Positions 42,455 to 56,028 are shown, counted from the stretch's first letter. The stretch is 64,000 nucleotides of DNA from an uncultured delta proteobacterium (GCA_963727485.1 CAVSGM010000002.1:1504001-1568000), one strand, 5' to 3'. The notes: generated from the sequence alone by a model not told the origin. A program made the numbers and translations.

Positions 42455-43883
42455 TCACCGCGGCGCCCCCGGGACCGGGACCGGCGCCAGGGAGAAGACG
42501 TCACCGCCCGCGGGCGCGTTGCTCGGGGCGGCGGCCCCACCCGCCGGCTTGAGGAAGAGCCAGCTCCCCACCCCCGCGCCCACGATCCCCACCGCGTAGA
42601 GGATGTCGGCGACCAGGGCCTGGCCGCGCGCCTGGGAGAGGGTCTTCTGGTAGAGGGCGTCGTCGAGCTGGGGGACCGCCCGGGCCTTGGCCGCGGTGCC
42701 GTTGGCCGAGAGCCCCATGACCACCCCGCCGACGATCGCCGCCACCCCCACCCCGCCGGCGATGACGCCGTAGAGCTTGGGGCCGGCGAAGGAGAGGCCG
42801 CTGGAGAGGGTGGTGATGGGCTCGCCGCCGGGGCCCCGGGGCCGGTCGGTCTTGTGGATGCCCGGCGGCAAACGCCATGACCGCCTGGGCCAGGCCGTGG
42901 CCGGAGGGGACGTCGGCGCTGGAGACCGCCAGCAGATGGCCGTCGTTGGCCACCCGGGCGCCGTCGAGATGGAGGCCCTTCTGGGCGCCGGTCGTCACCC
43001 GCACCGCCAGCACCTGCTTGGCCCCGGCCCACTTGGCCAGCGCCGCCTCGGGGCGCGACCACGCCTGCTTCTTGAAGCCGGCGGCGACGCCCTGGAGCAG
43101 GGCGTCGAGCCTGGCCTTGCCCGGGGCCGCCTGGAGCTTGACCTCGACCAGCTTCCCCGGAGCGGCGAGCTGCCGGCTCTGGCTGAAGGCGTAGCCGGGG
43201 CGGACCGCCGTGACCATGTGGTAGCCCGGGGTCAGCCCCTTGGCCTCGGCCGGGGACACGCCGACGTAGTTCCCGTCGACCCACACCTGGGCGTTCGCCG
43301 GGCTGGTCTGGACCTCGAGGCTGGTGGTGGGGATCTTGGTCTGGTTGGCCCGGACGCCGTTGACCACCTGCTGGACGTCGGGGGTCATCCGCGTCTTGTC
43401 GAACTGGTAGTCGTGGTCGAGGGTGAAGATGTCGATGAGCTGGTTGCGGGCGTCGGCGACCTTCCCCGCGTAGTAGAGGGCGAGGACCCGGGCCCCGTAG
43501 ACATCGAGGAGCCCCTTGAGGTGGTCGCGGATGTCCGAGTCGAGGTAGGCCTTGGCCGCCGCGTCGAGGTCGGCGAGGGCCTCGTCGTAGGAGAGGCTGT
43601 CGTAGGCGGTGAGGCCGGCCTGGAGCTTGGCCGCGCCGGTCTTGGCCGCCGCCTGGCGCTTGGCCGGCCCGTCGCCCATGGCCGTGTCGGCGACGCTCAC
43701 CGGGGAGTAGCGCCCACTCTTCGCGGTCCACGCCTCGAGGGCGCGGGCGACCGCAGGCGCCGCGGAGGCGCTGCCGGCGTCCGCCGGAACCACCACCACC
43801 GCCTCCTTGACGGCGGCGTGCGCCGGACCGGCGGTGACGAGGGAGACGGCCAGCAGCGCAGGGGCAACGATTCGTGATCTCAT
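42455..43883 (-). CDS. PEGA-domain exported protein (+1 frameshift near 42871)
   Basis: Signal peptide, LEVQTSPANAQVWVDGNYVGVSP...LTPGYHMV, C-terminal hydrophobic segments in the adjacent frame. Confidence 0.78.
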
Positions 43884-43917
43884 GCCGTTCGCACCATAGC
43901 AGAAAGAGGTTGGCCGG

Positions 43918-46108
<2,191 letters not shown>

Positions 46109-46188
46109 GTTACGAGGCTTTCCGGGGGCGGTCAAAGCGCCTTTTGACGCCTTGGCGCCGGTGGCCGGGCCCGTCTATGCTGGCGCCG

Positions 46189-47435
46189 ATGACCCCTCCT
46201 GCCCGGGCCGGCCGCGCCGGCGCTGCGACCCCGCGACATCACCCTCCCCGAGCCCGGATCCACCACCGCCCGGGAGGTCCTCTCCCGGGCCATCCGGGCG
46301 GTCCTCGGCGACCTGGTGCGCCTCCCGCCGTCGATGTGCCTGACCCCGGCCGGGCGCCGGAGCGCCGAGGGGCTCCAGGCCGCCGTCCGGGCCGCGGCGC
46401 GCCGGCACCCCGGGGCCCTGGCGAGCCTGGTCCGGGACCCCACCGCCGGCGCCCTGGTCCGGGTGCTCCGGGAGCGGCGCGACGGCGAGGGGGATCCGGA
46501 ACGGATCGATCCCCTCTACGGCGAGCTCGCCTGCGTCCTCGGCCTGGGGCTGGCCCGGGCCGGCGCCCTCGAGGCGCCGCTCACCTGCGCCCCGGCCCCG
46601 GCGCGGATCCTCTCCCTGACCCTGCGCCTCTCGCTGCCGCTCCCCGAGGGGACCCGGGCGGTGACCTTCGATCCCACCGGCGCCGTCACCGCCGAGACCG
46701 GCGCCGGCCCGGTGCCGGTGGACCTGTCGACGGCCACCGACCCCTACCACCCCCTCGACGCCGACAGCGTGCTGGCCACCGCCGACAACAACCCCCTGGC
46801 GATGTTCGAGCTCCACCCCGACAAGTCGGGCAACGCCCTGGACCTCGGGGGCCGGGACCCGGCCGAGTGGGTGGCGACGCTCCGGGAGGCCCTCGACCTG
46901 GTCGAGGCCCACCTCCCCGACGCTCCGGGAGGAGATGCGCCTCTTCGTCCGGCAGGTGGTCCCGGTGGGCTATGACGCCGAGCGCCACCTCTCGGCGAGC
47001 TACCAGGAGGCCATCGGCACCCTCTACCTGACCCTCCACCCCCAGCTGATGACCATGACCGAGGCGCTCATCCACGAGTTCAGCCACAACAAGCTCGGCG
47101 CGCTGCTGGAGCTGGACCCGCTGTTGGAGAACGCCTTCCACCCCCTCTACAAGAGCCCGGTGCGCCCGGACCCGAGGCCCCTGCACGGGGTGCTCCTCGC
47201 GGTCCACGCCTTCCAGCCGGTGGCGCGGCTCTACGAGCGGATGATCGAGGCGGACCACCCGCGGGCCCGGTCGGCGGACTTCCGCCGGCGCTACCAGCAG
47301 ATCCTCGCCACCAACCGCGAGGGCGCCGAGACCGTGCTCACCCACGGCGTGCCCACCGAGGTGGGGGCGGCGGTCCTCGACGAGATCCGCCGCTGGGACG
47401 ACCACTATCGGGGCGCCATCTCGTCCCAGCCGTAG
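46189..47435 (+). CDS. aKG-HExxH-type peptide-modifying protein (HEXXH motif domain); frameshifts near 46205 and 46918
   Basis: EALIHEFSHNKL...SPVRPDPRPLHGVLLAVHAF, the signature of HExxH domains associated with radical SAM RiPP systems. Confidence 0.85.
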
Positions 47436-48457
47436 CGGGCGAGGTAGTTCTTCCACACCCCCTCGCACACGGCGTCGTAGCGGCAGGTGGCGCACTCGGG
47501 GCGCTTGGCGCGCTCCACCGCGTCGAGGTCGGACCGGCGCACCTCGAGGAGCTCGGCGTCGCCCCCCTCGGCGAGCGCGTGGGCGCTGGCGGCGTTCGCC
47601 GGGGCCGCGGGATCGGCGACCTCGTAGTGCTTGTAGCGCTCCACGTAGCCCCGGTTGCGATCGGGGATCCCCTCGGTGACGCACAGGGGGATGTCGACGA
47701 GGTAGGCCTGGAGGTCGTCGTCGCCGGCGGCGGCGGCCTCGGCGCAGAAGGCCCGGAACCGGTCGGCGATGTCGGTGTACCGGGGGAAGAGCTGGTCGAA
47801 GTAGGTGTTCGCCCGGCCGTTGGCCTGCATCACGTTGAACACCACCTGGTCGACGCCGTGGCCCCGGAGGAACCGGTAGATGTCGGCGAAGTGCTCGAGG
47901 TTGCGCCGGGTGACCACCGTGGAGGTGTGGAGGCTGACCCCGTGGCGCTTGAGCCTCGCCACGTTGTCCAGGCCCTTCACCGTCTGGACGAAGGCGCCGG
48001 GGGTGCGCACCAGGCCGTCGTGGAGCTTCTTGGTGTGCCCGTGGATGGACACGTAGAAGAAGTTCATCCCCGCCTTCACCAAGGTGGCCAGGTAGGGCAG
48101 GTGCGAGAGGCGCCGGCCGTTGGTCATCACGCTGATGCGCCGGTAGCCGAGCGCCCGGGCCCAGGTGCAGTACTGGGGCAGGCCCCGGACCAGGGTGGGC
48201 TCACCGGAGGTGAAGCAGACCTCCTCGGCGCCGGCGTTGGCCTCGAGGATGTGGCGGATCCGCTCGGGGGTGAGCGCCCCGTTGACCTCCTCCCGGAGCG
48301 CGCGGTCCTCCTCCATGCAGAAGATGCAGTTGTTGTTGCACACGGGCCCGAGGTTGATGTGGACCCGCTCCACGCGCCCCTCGATGCGGCCCGCCACCGA
48401 CGCCTCGGGGGCGAGGGGGACGGGGGCCTGCTGGAGGATGGGGAGGCGCTCGGCCAT
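47405..48457 (-). CDS. Radical SAM protein (HxsC-like)
   Basis: CNNNCIFC, TSGEPT, MTNGRR, DIPLC, CATCRYDAVCEG. Confidence 0.9.
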   Translation of the reverse strand: MAERLPILQQAPVPLAPEASVAGRIEGRVERVHINLGPVCNNNCIFCMEEDRALREEVNGALTPERIRHILEANAGAEEVCFTSGEPTLVRGLPQYCTWARALGYRRISVMTNGRRLSHLPYLATLVKAGMNFFYVSIHGHTKKLHDGLVRTPGAFVQTVKGLDNVARLKRHGVSLHTSTVVTRRNLEHFADIYRFLRGHGVDQVVFNVMQANGRANTYFDQLFPRYTDIADRFRAFCAEAAAAGDDDLQAYLVDIPLCVTEGIPDRNRGYVERYKHYEVADPAAPANAASAHALAEGGDAELLEVRRSDLDAVERAKRPECATCRYDAVCEGVWKNYLARYGWDEMAPR

Positions 48458-48598
48458 GACCCGGGGCAGTGTAGCAGACGCGGCCCGGGCGCCCGCAGGG
48501 GTCGCGCCGTCTCCCCCCGGGTGGAACCCGAGCTTGTGGACCGAACCCCGGGCGGCTACCATGTGGAGGACTGTAAGTCCCCCTGTGGAGGCCGCCCC

Positions 48599-49180
48599 AT
48601 GAAGAAGGTCGATCGTCGCGACGCCCTGAAGTTCCTCGGTCTTGGCATCCTGGCCGCCGGGAGCGCTCCGCTCCTCGGCGCCCGGCGCGCCGCCGCCGAG
48701 CCCCGGCTCCCCCGGGCCGGCCGCGGGACGCCCAAGGCCACCGTCTCCCGGGACGGCGCCGCCCCGGCGGTCCGCGCTCCCCTCGACACCCCGGTGCCCG
48801 CCGACCCCACCTCGGCCCTGGCGCCGCTGGGCGTCGGCAGCCGCCTCGCCGGCTCGACCATCCTCCGCGTCGACGGCCCCGACCACGGCGCCATCCACGT
48901 GGACCTGCGGGCGGCCGACGGCCACACCTTCCGGGTGGAGATCTGCCGCCACGACGCCGGGGGCCCGGCGCCGGTGACCCGCACCCGTCACTACGACCTC
49001 TTCCTCGCCAACGGCGGCCGCGGGGACAAGCGCACCGACCGGTCCGAGGGCCTGGCGGTCCTGGGGCTCACCGAGGCGCTGCGCCACAACGAGGCGCGCG
49101 CCCGGAAGCTGCCGGTGATGACCATGCGCCGCCGGTGGGCGAGCTTCCGGCCCACCGAGCTCTCCCGCTACGACGGGTAG
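48599..49180 (+). CDS. Tat-exported hypothetical protein
   Basis: MKKVDRRDALKFLGLG twin-arginine signal with AxA-type cleavage; GGAGG ribosome-binding site upstream. Confidence 0.75.
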   Translation: MKKVDRRDALKFLGLGILAAGSAPLLGARRAAAEPRLPRAGRGTPKATVSRDGAAPAVRAPLDTPVPADPTSALAPLGVGSRLAGSTILRVDGPDHGAIHVDLRAADGHTFRVEICRHDAGGPAPVTRTRHYDLFLANGGRGDKRTDRSEGLAVLGLTEALRHNEARARKLPVMTMRRRWASFRPTELSRYDG

Positions 49181-49183
49181 CGC

Positions 49184-50170
49184 TTGAGCGCATCCGCCGC
49201 GGTACCCGACCCTCCGGTCTCGCCGGGGGGTCGCTTGCGCCTGCACCTGGGCTACCGGTGCAACAACCGCTGCGTGTTCTGCGCCCAGGGGGACCTGCGC
49301 CGAGGCGAGGCCGCGCCCCCGGATGACGCCACGGTGGCCGCCCGCCTCGCCGCCGGCCGGGCCGCGGGCCTCGAGGCGGTGGCCTTCGTGGGCGGCGAGC
49401 CCACCGTCCACGACGGGCTCCCCGGGTGGATCGCCGAGGCCCGGCGCCAGGGCTTCACCTCGGTGCTCGTCCAGACCAATGGCCGGCGGCTGGCCTACCC
49501 CGGCTACGCCGCCGCCCTCGCCGAGGCGGGCCTGGAGGCGGTGGAGGTGTCCCTCCACGGGCCCACCGAGGCGATCCACGGCTACCACACCCGGGTTCCC
49601 GGGAGCTTCGCCCACACGGCGCGGGGCCTCGGCGCCGCCCGGTCCGCGGGCCTCACGCTGGCCCTGACCTGCGTGTCTCACCCGCTCGAACTTCCGCCAC
49701 CTCCCGGAAATGGTCCGCCTCGCCGGCCGCGCCCGGGCCGCGGCCCTCCACCTGGCCCTGCCCCGGGTCCGGGGGCAGGCGGCGACCGGCTTCGATCGGG
49801 TGGTGCCCCGCCTCGGCCTCCTGCGCCCCTACCTCGCCGCCGCCGCCCGCCTCGCCTGCGACCCTGCGCGTCCCCCTGGTCCTCGGGGGCCTGCCGCTCT
49901 GCGCCGCCGCCGCCGCCCCGGGGGCGGTGCGCCTCGAGGTCGCCGACGCCGGGGGCGCCTTCGGCCCCGGCTGCGACGGCTGCCCGGTGCGGGGCGCCTG
50001 CCCCGGCGTCGACCCCGCCTACGCCGCCGTCCACGGCACCGCCGAGCTCACCCCCGTGGCCGACGGCCACCGAGCCCGCCTCCCCGGCGCTGGCCCGGCA
50101 CTTCGCCGGCACCGGCCCCATGGCCGATGCGGCCGAGGGGCCTGCGGTACACTCGGCCGAAGGCTCCTGA
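49184..50170 (+). CDS. Radical SAM protein (HxsC-like), about three apparent frameshifts between 49670 and 50075
   Basis: CNNRCVFC, GGEPT, QTNGRR; GLPLC and CDGCPVRGACPG appear in other frames. Confidence 0.78.
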   Translation: MSASAAVPDPPVSPGGRLRLHLGYRCNNRCVFCAQGDLRRGEAAPPDDATVAARLAAGRAAGLEAVAFVGGEPTVHDGLPGWIAEARRQGFTSVLVQTNGRRLAYPGYAAALAEAGLEAVEVSLHGPTEAIHGYHTRVPGSFAHTARGLGAARSAGLTLALTCVSHPLELPPPPGNGPPRRPRPGRGPPPGPAPGPGAGGDRLRSGGAPPRPPAPLPRRRRPPRLRPCASPWSSGACRSAPPPPPRGRCASRSPTPGAPSAPAATAARCGAPAPASTPPTPPSTAPPSSPPWPTATEPASPALARHFAGTGPMADAAEGPAVHSAEGS

Positions 50171-51401
50171 TGGCGAACATCGGCTACATCCAGGTCGTCC
50201 GGCACTGCAACCACTTCTGCGGGTTCTGCTCCAACCCCACCACCCCCTACAGCCACACCTTCGAGTCGATGAAGGTCCTGGTGGACGACTTCGTGGCCCG
50301 GGGCTACTTCGGGGTGATCCTCACCGGCGGCGAGCCCAGCCTCCACCCGGACCTCCCGCGGATCTGCGCCTACGCCCGGGAGCCGGCCTCCACGTGCGGA
50401 TGATCACCAACGGCTCGCGGATGGCCGACCCGGCGTTCGCCCGGGAGATGGCCGACGCCGGGCTCCAGCTCGCCCACGTCTCGGTGTACTCGGTGCGCCC
50501 CGAGGTCGAGGCGCGCCTGCGCGGGATCCCCGGGACCCTGCCCAAGGCCTTCGCCGCGGTGGACAACCTCGTCGCCAGCGGCGTCGAGGTGAACATCAAC
50601 TGCGTCATCAACAAGCTCAACGCCGACCACCTCGACGAGAACATCCGCTACTGGACCGCCCACCACCCGGCGATCCGCCACTTCGTGTGGAACAACCTCG
50701 ACCCCTCGATGGGCCGCGCGGAGGTGAACCAGGACCAGTTCACCCCCCGGCTCGCCGACTTCGAGGTGTCGCTGGCCCGGGCGCTCTCGCTGCTCCAGAA
50801 GACCGGGCGCACCTTCCGGGTGGAGAAGGTGCCGCTTTGCTACATGGTCGACTTCGCCTGGGCGAGCACCGAGACCCGGAAGATCGTCAAGGGTGAGGAG
50901 CGCATCGTCCACTTCCTCGACGTGAAGCAGACCGTGCGCCAGACCCACTGGGAGCACGTCTACAGCGAGGCCTGCGACGTCTGCTCGCTGCGGACCATCT
51001 GCGGCGGGCTCTTCGACCGGGGCGACGCCTACGACCCCGCCGAGCTCCACCCGGTGTTCGTGGACCGGGACCAGGTGGTGCGCCGGATCATCGAGGACGC
51101 CGGGGACCCGAGCTACGCCCTCCGGGACCTCGAGGCCTGGCGCGACGACTTCGACCGACGCCTCGCCGACGCCCGGACCGAGGCGGGGAGCGCGCACGCG
51201 CCGGCCGGGGACCTGCCGCCACCCTCGATGCGCGATCCCGGGGCCCCGGCGGTGGGCCAGATCACCGAGGAGAGCCGCAAGCGCTTCGAGGCCAAGCGCC
51301 GCGCCGAGGGGCGCCGGGCGGAGAAGGTCGGGGTGCGCCTCGAGCGCCTGGCGATCCAGGCGCCCGAGCTCGCCGAGGGCGACGGCGAGGCGGGCGACTG
51401 A
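50170..51401 (+). CDS. Radical SAM protein (HxsC-like), one frameshift near 50382
   Basis: [46 protein letters not shown]. Confidence 0.88.
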
Positions 51402-51485
51402 GGCCGCGCCGCCCGGATGCACGTCGGCCGGACCGCCTTGGGGGCAGCCCGGCCGAAGGGGTTGCGGGGTCGGCTGCGGGGTCGG

Positions 51486-51803
51486 CTACCAGGACCCGTG
51501 GGACCCGTGCGAGCCGTGGGACCCGTGCGACCCATGCGAGCCGTGCGAGCCGTGGGACCCGTGCGAGCCGTGGGACCCGTGGGAGCCGTGCGACCCGTGG
51601 GAGCCGTGCGAGCCGTGGGAGCCGTGCGAGCCGTGGGAGCCGTGCGACCCGTGGGAGACGTGCTGCGCCAGCAGGCGCCCGCCACCCGGGACCTCACCCG
51701 CCTCGGTCGCGGACGCGGCCTCCTTGGACGAATCCTTCAGCTCGTGCTCCAGCTCGGAGAGCAAACCCTTGGAGCGCTTCTTGTACTTGGGAATCTTTGC
51801 CAT
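51486..51803 (-). CDS. hxsA: His-Xaa-Ser repeat precursor peptide (HxsA-like): 47-aa leader + HVS-(HGS)18-W
   Basis: Direct translation; AAGGGG ribosome-binding site; lies immediately downstream of hxsB. Confidence 0.93.
   Translation of the reverse strand: MAKIPKYKKRSKGLLSELEHELKDSSKEAASATEAGEVPGGGRLLAQHVSHGSHGSHGSHGSHGSHGSHGSHGSHGSHGSHGSHGSHGSHGSHGSHGSHGSHGSW
51492..51662 (-). repeat. 19 tandem 9-bp units encoding His-Xaa-Ser
   Basis: Units CAY-GGS-TCS (first unit CAC-GTC-TCC). Variation among the HGS units is synonymous only. Confidence 0.95.
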
Positions 51804-51828
51804 GAACGGCCCCTTGACGTTCCAGCCC

Positions 51829-53356
51829 CTACGACTCTGCCGGCGACTCTACCACGTCGTCTGCAGGGTCGGAAGTGTGAAGGAAGTGGTCCCGGGGACG
51901 GTTGGTGGTCCACCTACGGAAGACCTCCAGGGTCCCGGGGTCGGCCTCGCCGAGCTTCCCGAAGAGGTAGTCCTGGATGCCCTTGATCGCGTGGCACCAG
52001 GCGCTGTCGCGCATCCGACCGCCCAGGCTCCCCTGGTGCCGGTAGTTGTACTCCGGGGAGATCCCACAGAACGGGTGGTAGGCGCAGTTCACGCAGTCGG
52101 GGCTCGAGTCGAGGATCGAGGCGAGGGTCACCGCCCGGGTGGTCTCGTGCTCCATGAGCGCCTGGTAGCTCGAGGTGTCCACGTGGCCGATGTGGAACAT
52201 GTCGTCCCCCATCTCGTGGAGCATCCGGCCCTCGTCGCTGGTGAAGATGAGCCCGTCGTAGTTGTAGGCGAGCCCGCCGATGCCGGCGCCCGCAGGGGTT
52301 GCGCAGATCGAGGAAGTTCGGGTCCTCGCCGCCGAGGATCTTGGTGAGGAGGATGGCGGCGTAGCGCTCCAGGATCTGGGTGCCCTGGAGGTTGAGCTGC
52401 ACCATGTAGTCGACCGCCTCGGCGTAGAAGTCGAGGTAGGCCCGGCGGTCGTAGTCGACCTTCTGCCCGGTCTTGGCGGCGAAGCCGAAGGGATCGACCG
52501 GGCGGAGGAAGAGGGCCCGGCACCCGAGCTCGACGTAGGTGTCGACAATCTCGCGCGGGTACTTCAGCGCCTCCTTGGTGGTCGTGAGCAGCGCCTCCAC
52601 GTGGTAGAGCGTGGTGTCGAGGCCGCGCTCGGCGTAGGCCTCGTTGATGCGCTTGATCCACTTGGTGGCATGCGAGAAGGCGTCGCCGCCGGGGAGGATC
52701 CGCTGCTTGTTGTGCAGGTGCTTGGGCCCGTCCACCGAGGTGCACATCTGCACCTTGTTGTCGAGGAGGTAGTCGAGCTTCTCCTCGGTCATCAGCGACA
52801 TGTTGGTCACCAGGGTGAACTCGAGGCTCTTGCCGAGGGTCTCGTTCTTCTTCTTGGCGTACTCGATGATGTGCTGCATCACCGGGTAGTTCACCAACGG
52901 CTCGCCGCCCTGGAACTCGAGGGTGACCCAGGGGCTGGTGGTCTCGAAGGCGAGATCCACCATCTTCTCCGCGGTCTCCTTGGACATGTCGGTCTGCGTC
53001 GCCTCCATGCCGGCGCGGCTGGCGTGGCAGTAGACGCAGGTCTCGTTGCACCGCAGGGTGACCACGGCGATGTGGAGGTTGGGGCCGTAGTGCAGGAAGC
53101 GCTGGCGGGCGGCCAGCCGCTGGGCCAGGTCGTCCACGTCGACCTCGGCCCGGAGGAAGTTCTTCTCCTTGAGGGCCTGATAGGTCTCGGAGGTCGGGTC
53201 CAGGCTCCCGTCCACGAAGGCCCGGAACTCCGCGGGCTCGAGGAGGTGGAACTGGCCCACCTGGTTGGTGACCAGGTAGCGCTCCCCCACCACCCGGTAG
53301 CGGAAGAAGGCGGGGAACGCCGGGTCGATCTGCTCCACCTGGGCGAGCTGCCTCAC
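51829..53356 (-). CDS. hxsB: His-Xaa-Ser system radical SAM/SPASM maturase HxsB (+1 frameshift near 52290)
   Basis: [36 protein letters not shown]...YNYDG...[19 protein letters not shown]-terminal RRE-like region; adjacent to the HxS precursor. Confidence 0.9.
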
Positions 53357-53574
53357 TGGCCCCCCCGCTTCTCTTCGATGGTGAGCGCCAGGGCGTAGTT
53401 GCCGAACTCGCCGGCGACCTCGTCCTCGTCGGCGTCGTCCTTGGCGGTCAAGGCAATCTCGAAGTAGGGCATCTTCTGGGTGGAGGCGATCTCGGCGACC
53501 TCGTCGAAGACCTCGGCGGTGGTCTCGAGGGCGGCGGCCGAGTAGGCCTGGTGGTGGAAGCGCAGGTGCCGCAC
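53353..53574 (-). CDS. HxsD-like small protein
   Basis: F...YS..AL...EFGNYAL pattern resembles the upstream HxsD; its stop overlaps the hxsB GTG. Confidence 0.72.
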   Translation of the reverse strand: MRHLRFHHQAYSAAALETTAEVFDEVAEIASTQKMPYFEIALTAKDDADEDEVAGEFGNYALALTIEEKRGGQ

Positions 53575-53577
53575 CGG

Positions 53578-54102
53578 TCAGCCCCCCGCCGCCTGGTCGT
53601 CGCCACCGTCCGCCGGGGGCGGGCCCTTGGGCGCACCCTCCTTGGGGGCCTCGGCCTCGCCCTGCTTGCCGTACTTCTCCTCCCAGCTCATGGCGATGCC
53701 GAGGGGATCCTCGAAGGCGTCGTCGGAGAAGTCCATGTCGCCGGCGAGGTCGTCGAGGCTGGCGGTGCCGGTGGCCCCGGCGAGCGCCTGGGCGGCCACC
53801 GCCTCGATGATCGGCTTGTTGTACTCGGTGATCTCCCGGCGCCAGGCCTGGGACAGGAGCTCGTTGGCGAACTCCCCGGCGAGCGCCGAGAGGTCGTCGG
53901 CGGAGAGGGCCTCGCGCCCCCGGAGCACCACCTGCACGTGGGTCTCGTCGGGCACGTCGAGGAGGACGTAGCACCGGTCGATGAACACGTAGGCGGCGCC
54001 GTAGATGGCGTCGAGGGGGTAGAGGCTGCGCTCGAAGCGCACCTGCACCCGGTTGTCGTCGGCTTCGACCTGGATCTGGTCGAGCCCCTGGTCCTTGTCC
54101 AC
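53578..54102 (-). CDS. hxsD: His-Xaa-Ser system protein HxsD
   Basis: [19 protein letters not shown]...[16 protein letters not shown]...[10 protein letters not shown]; operon position. Confidence 0.82.
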   Translation of the reverse strand: MDKDQGLDQIQVEADDNRVQVRFERSLYPLDAIYGAAYVFIDRCYVLLDVPDETHVQVVLRGREALSADDLSALAGEFANELLSQAWRREITEYNKPIIEAVAAQALAGATGTASLDDLAGDMDFSDDAFEDPLGIAMSWEEKYGKQGEAEAPKEGAPKGPPPADGGDDQAAGG

Positions 54103-54228
54103 GTCTGCCCCCTTCGGGTCCGGACGGATCGGTTCCGCGAAACGAAGGCCGATGATGGCGGATGGGTGCCCGGCAGATCAAGCGTGGGAAGTACCCGAGA
54201 GCCGGGAAGGGGACTACGCTGCCCCGCC

Positions 54229-56028
54229 ATGGCCGCCTCGCCCCCCTCGCCCCTGCGCCGCCTCTGGCGCCAGGCCGCCGCCCACCGCCGGCAGGTGGCC
54301 CTGGCGACCGGCTGCTCGATCCTCAACAAGGCCTTCGACCTGGCGCCCCCGGTGCTCATCGGGATGGCGGTGGACATCGTGGTCCGCCGGCAGGGGAGCC
54401 TCCTGGCCCACCTGGGCGTCGCGGCCCCCCGGGACCAGATCCTGGTTCTGGCCGGGCTCACCTTCGTCATCTGGGCCCTGGAGAGCCTCTTCGAGTACCT
54501 CTACGCCATCCTCTGGCGAAACCTCGCCCAGACCGTGCAGCACGAGCTGCGCCTCGAGGCCTACGCCCGGGTCCAGAGCCTGGAGCTCGCCTACTTCGAG
54601 GACCGGTCCACCGGCGGGCTGATGGCGATCCTCAACGACGACGTCAACCAGCTCGAGCGCTTCCTCGACGGGGGCGCCAACGACCTGCTCCAGGTGGCCA
54701 CCACCGTGGTCCTGGTGGGCGTCGCCTTCTTCACCCTGGCCCCGAACATCGCCTGGCTGGCGTTCCTCCCGATCCCGGTGATCCTCTGGGGGTCGTTCCG
54801 GTTCCAGCGGCGCATCGCCCCGCGCTACGCCGCGGTCCGCGCCCAGGTCGGGGTCCTCTCGGCCCACCTCGCCGGGAGCCTCGGGGGCATCGCCACCATC
54901 AAGAGCTTCACCACCGAGGCCCGGGAGGTGGCGCGCCTCGCCGCCGCCTCGGACCGCTACCAGGACGTCAACCGCGACGCCATCCGCCTCTCCTCCGCCT
55001 TCAGCCCCCTCATCCGCGTGGTGATCCTGGTCGGCTTCACCGCCACCCTGGTCTACGGCGGCTTCGAGGCCCTCGCCGGGACGCTGGCCGTGGGCGCCTA
55101 CAGCGTCATGGTCTTCCTCACCCAGCGCCTGCTCTGGCCGCTGACCCGCCTGGGGCAGACCTTCGACCTCTACCAGCGGGCCATGGCCTCCACCACCCGG
55201 ATCCTCGACCTGGTGGACACCGAGCCGGCCATCGTCTCCGGGGCCTCGCGCCTGCCGGTGGACGCGGTGCGCGGCGCGGTGCGCTTCGACGACCTCTGCT
55301 TCGCCTACCACCCGGACGCGCCGGTCCTCGAGCACCTCGACCTCGAGGTCCCCGCCGGGGAGACGGTGGCGGTGGTGGGGGCCACCGGCTCCGGGAAGAC
55401 CACCCTGGTCAAGCTCCTCCTGCGCTTCTACGAGGCGTCCGGCGGGCGGATCACCGTCGACGGCCGCGACGTGCGGGACCTCGACCTCGGCGACCTCCGC
55501 CGCGCGGTGGGCCTGGTGAGCCAGGACGTGTTCCTCTTCCACGGCACCGTCCGCGAGAACATCGCCTACGCCCGCCCCGACGCCTCCGAGGCCGAGATCG
55601 TGCGGGCGGCCCGGATCGCCGAGGCCCACGCCTTCATCGAGGCGCTCCCCGACGGCTACGACACGGTGGTCGGCGAGCGGGGGCAGAAGCTCTCCGGGGG
55701 CCAGCGCCAACGGATCTCCATCGCCCGGGCGGTCCTCAAGGACCCGCCGATCCTGGTCCTCGACGAGGCCACCAGCGCCGTGGACAACGAGACCGAGGCG
55801 GCGATCCAGCGCTCGCTCGCCCGCCTCTCGGTGGGCCGGACCACCCTGGTCATCGCCCACCGCCTCTCGACCATCCGCCACGCCCACCGGATCGCGGTCC
55901 TCGCCGGCGGCCGCCTGGTGGAGTCGGGGACCCACGACGAGCTCCTCGACCGGGACGGGATCTACGCCTCGCTGTGGAAGGTGCAGACCGGCGAGGTCGT
56001 CCCCGAGGTCGAGGCGGCCGCGGGGTAG
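54229..56028 (+). CDS. ABC exporter, fused permease/ATP-binding (MsbA/MdlB-like)
   Basis: TM domain, [31 protein letters not shown]. Confidence 0.95.
   Translation: MAASPPSPLRRLWRQAAAHRRQVALATGCSILNKAFDLAPPVLIGMAVDIVVRRQGSLLAHLGVAAPRDQILVLAGLTFVIWALESLFEYLYAILWRNLAQTVQHELRLEAYARVQSLELAYFEDRSTGGLMAILNDDVNQLERFLDGGANDLLQVATTVVLVGVAFFTLAPNIAWLAFLPIPVILWGSFRFQRRIAPRYAAVRAQVGVLSAHLAGSLGGIATIKSFTTEAREVARLAAASDRYQDVNRDAIRLSSAFSPLIRVVILVGFTATLVYGGFEALAGTLAVGAYSVMVFLTQRLLWPLTRLGQTFDLYQRAMASTTRILDLVDTEPAIVSGASRLPVDAVRGAVRFDDLCFAYHPDAPVLEHLDLEVPAGETVAVVGATGSGKTTLVKLLLRFYEASGGRITVDGRDVRDLDLGDLRRAVGLVSQDVFLFHGTVRENIAYARPDASEAEIVRAARIAEAHAFIEALPDGYDTVVGERGQKLSGGQRQRISIARAVLKDPPILVLDEATSAVDNETEAAIQRSLARLSVGRTTLVIAHRLSTIRHAHRIAVLAGGRLVESGTHDELLDRDGIYASLWKVQTGEVVPEVEAAAG

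Noticed and set aside
51424..51456. Inverted repeat TCGGCCGG...CCGGCCGA as a terminator between convergent genes
   Set aside because: Plausible, but there is no U-tract and GC-rich stems arise easily by chance here.
51492..51662. Repeat array as a CRISPR or non-coding satellite
   Set aside because: 9-bp units with no spacers, in-frame coding with synonymous-only variation, and no cas genes.
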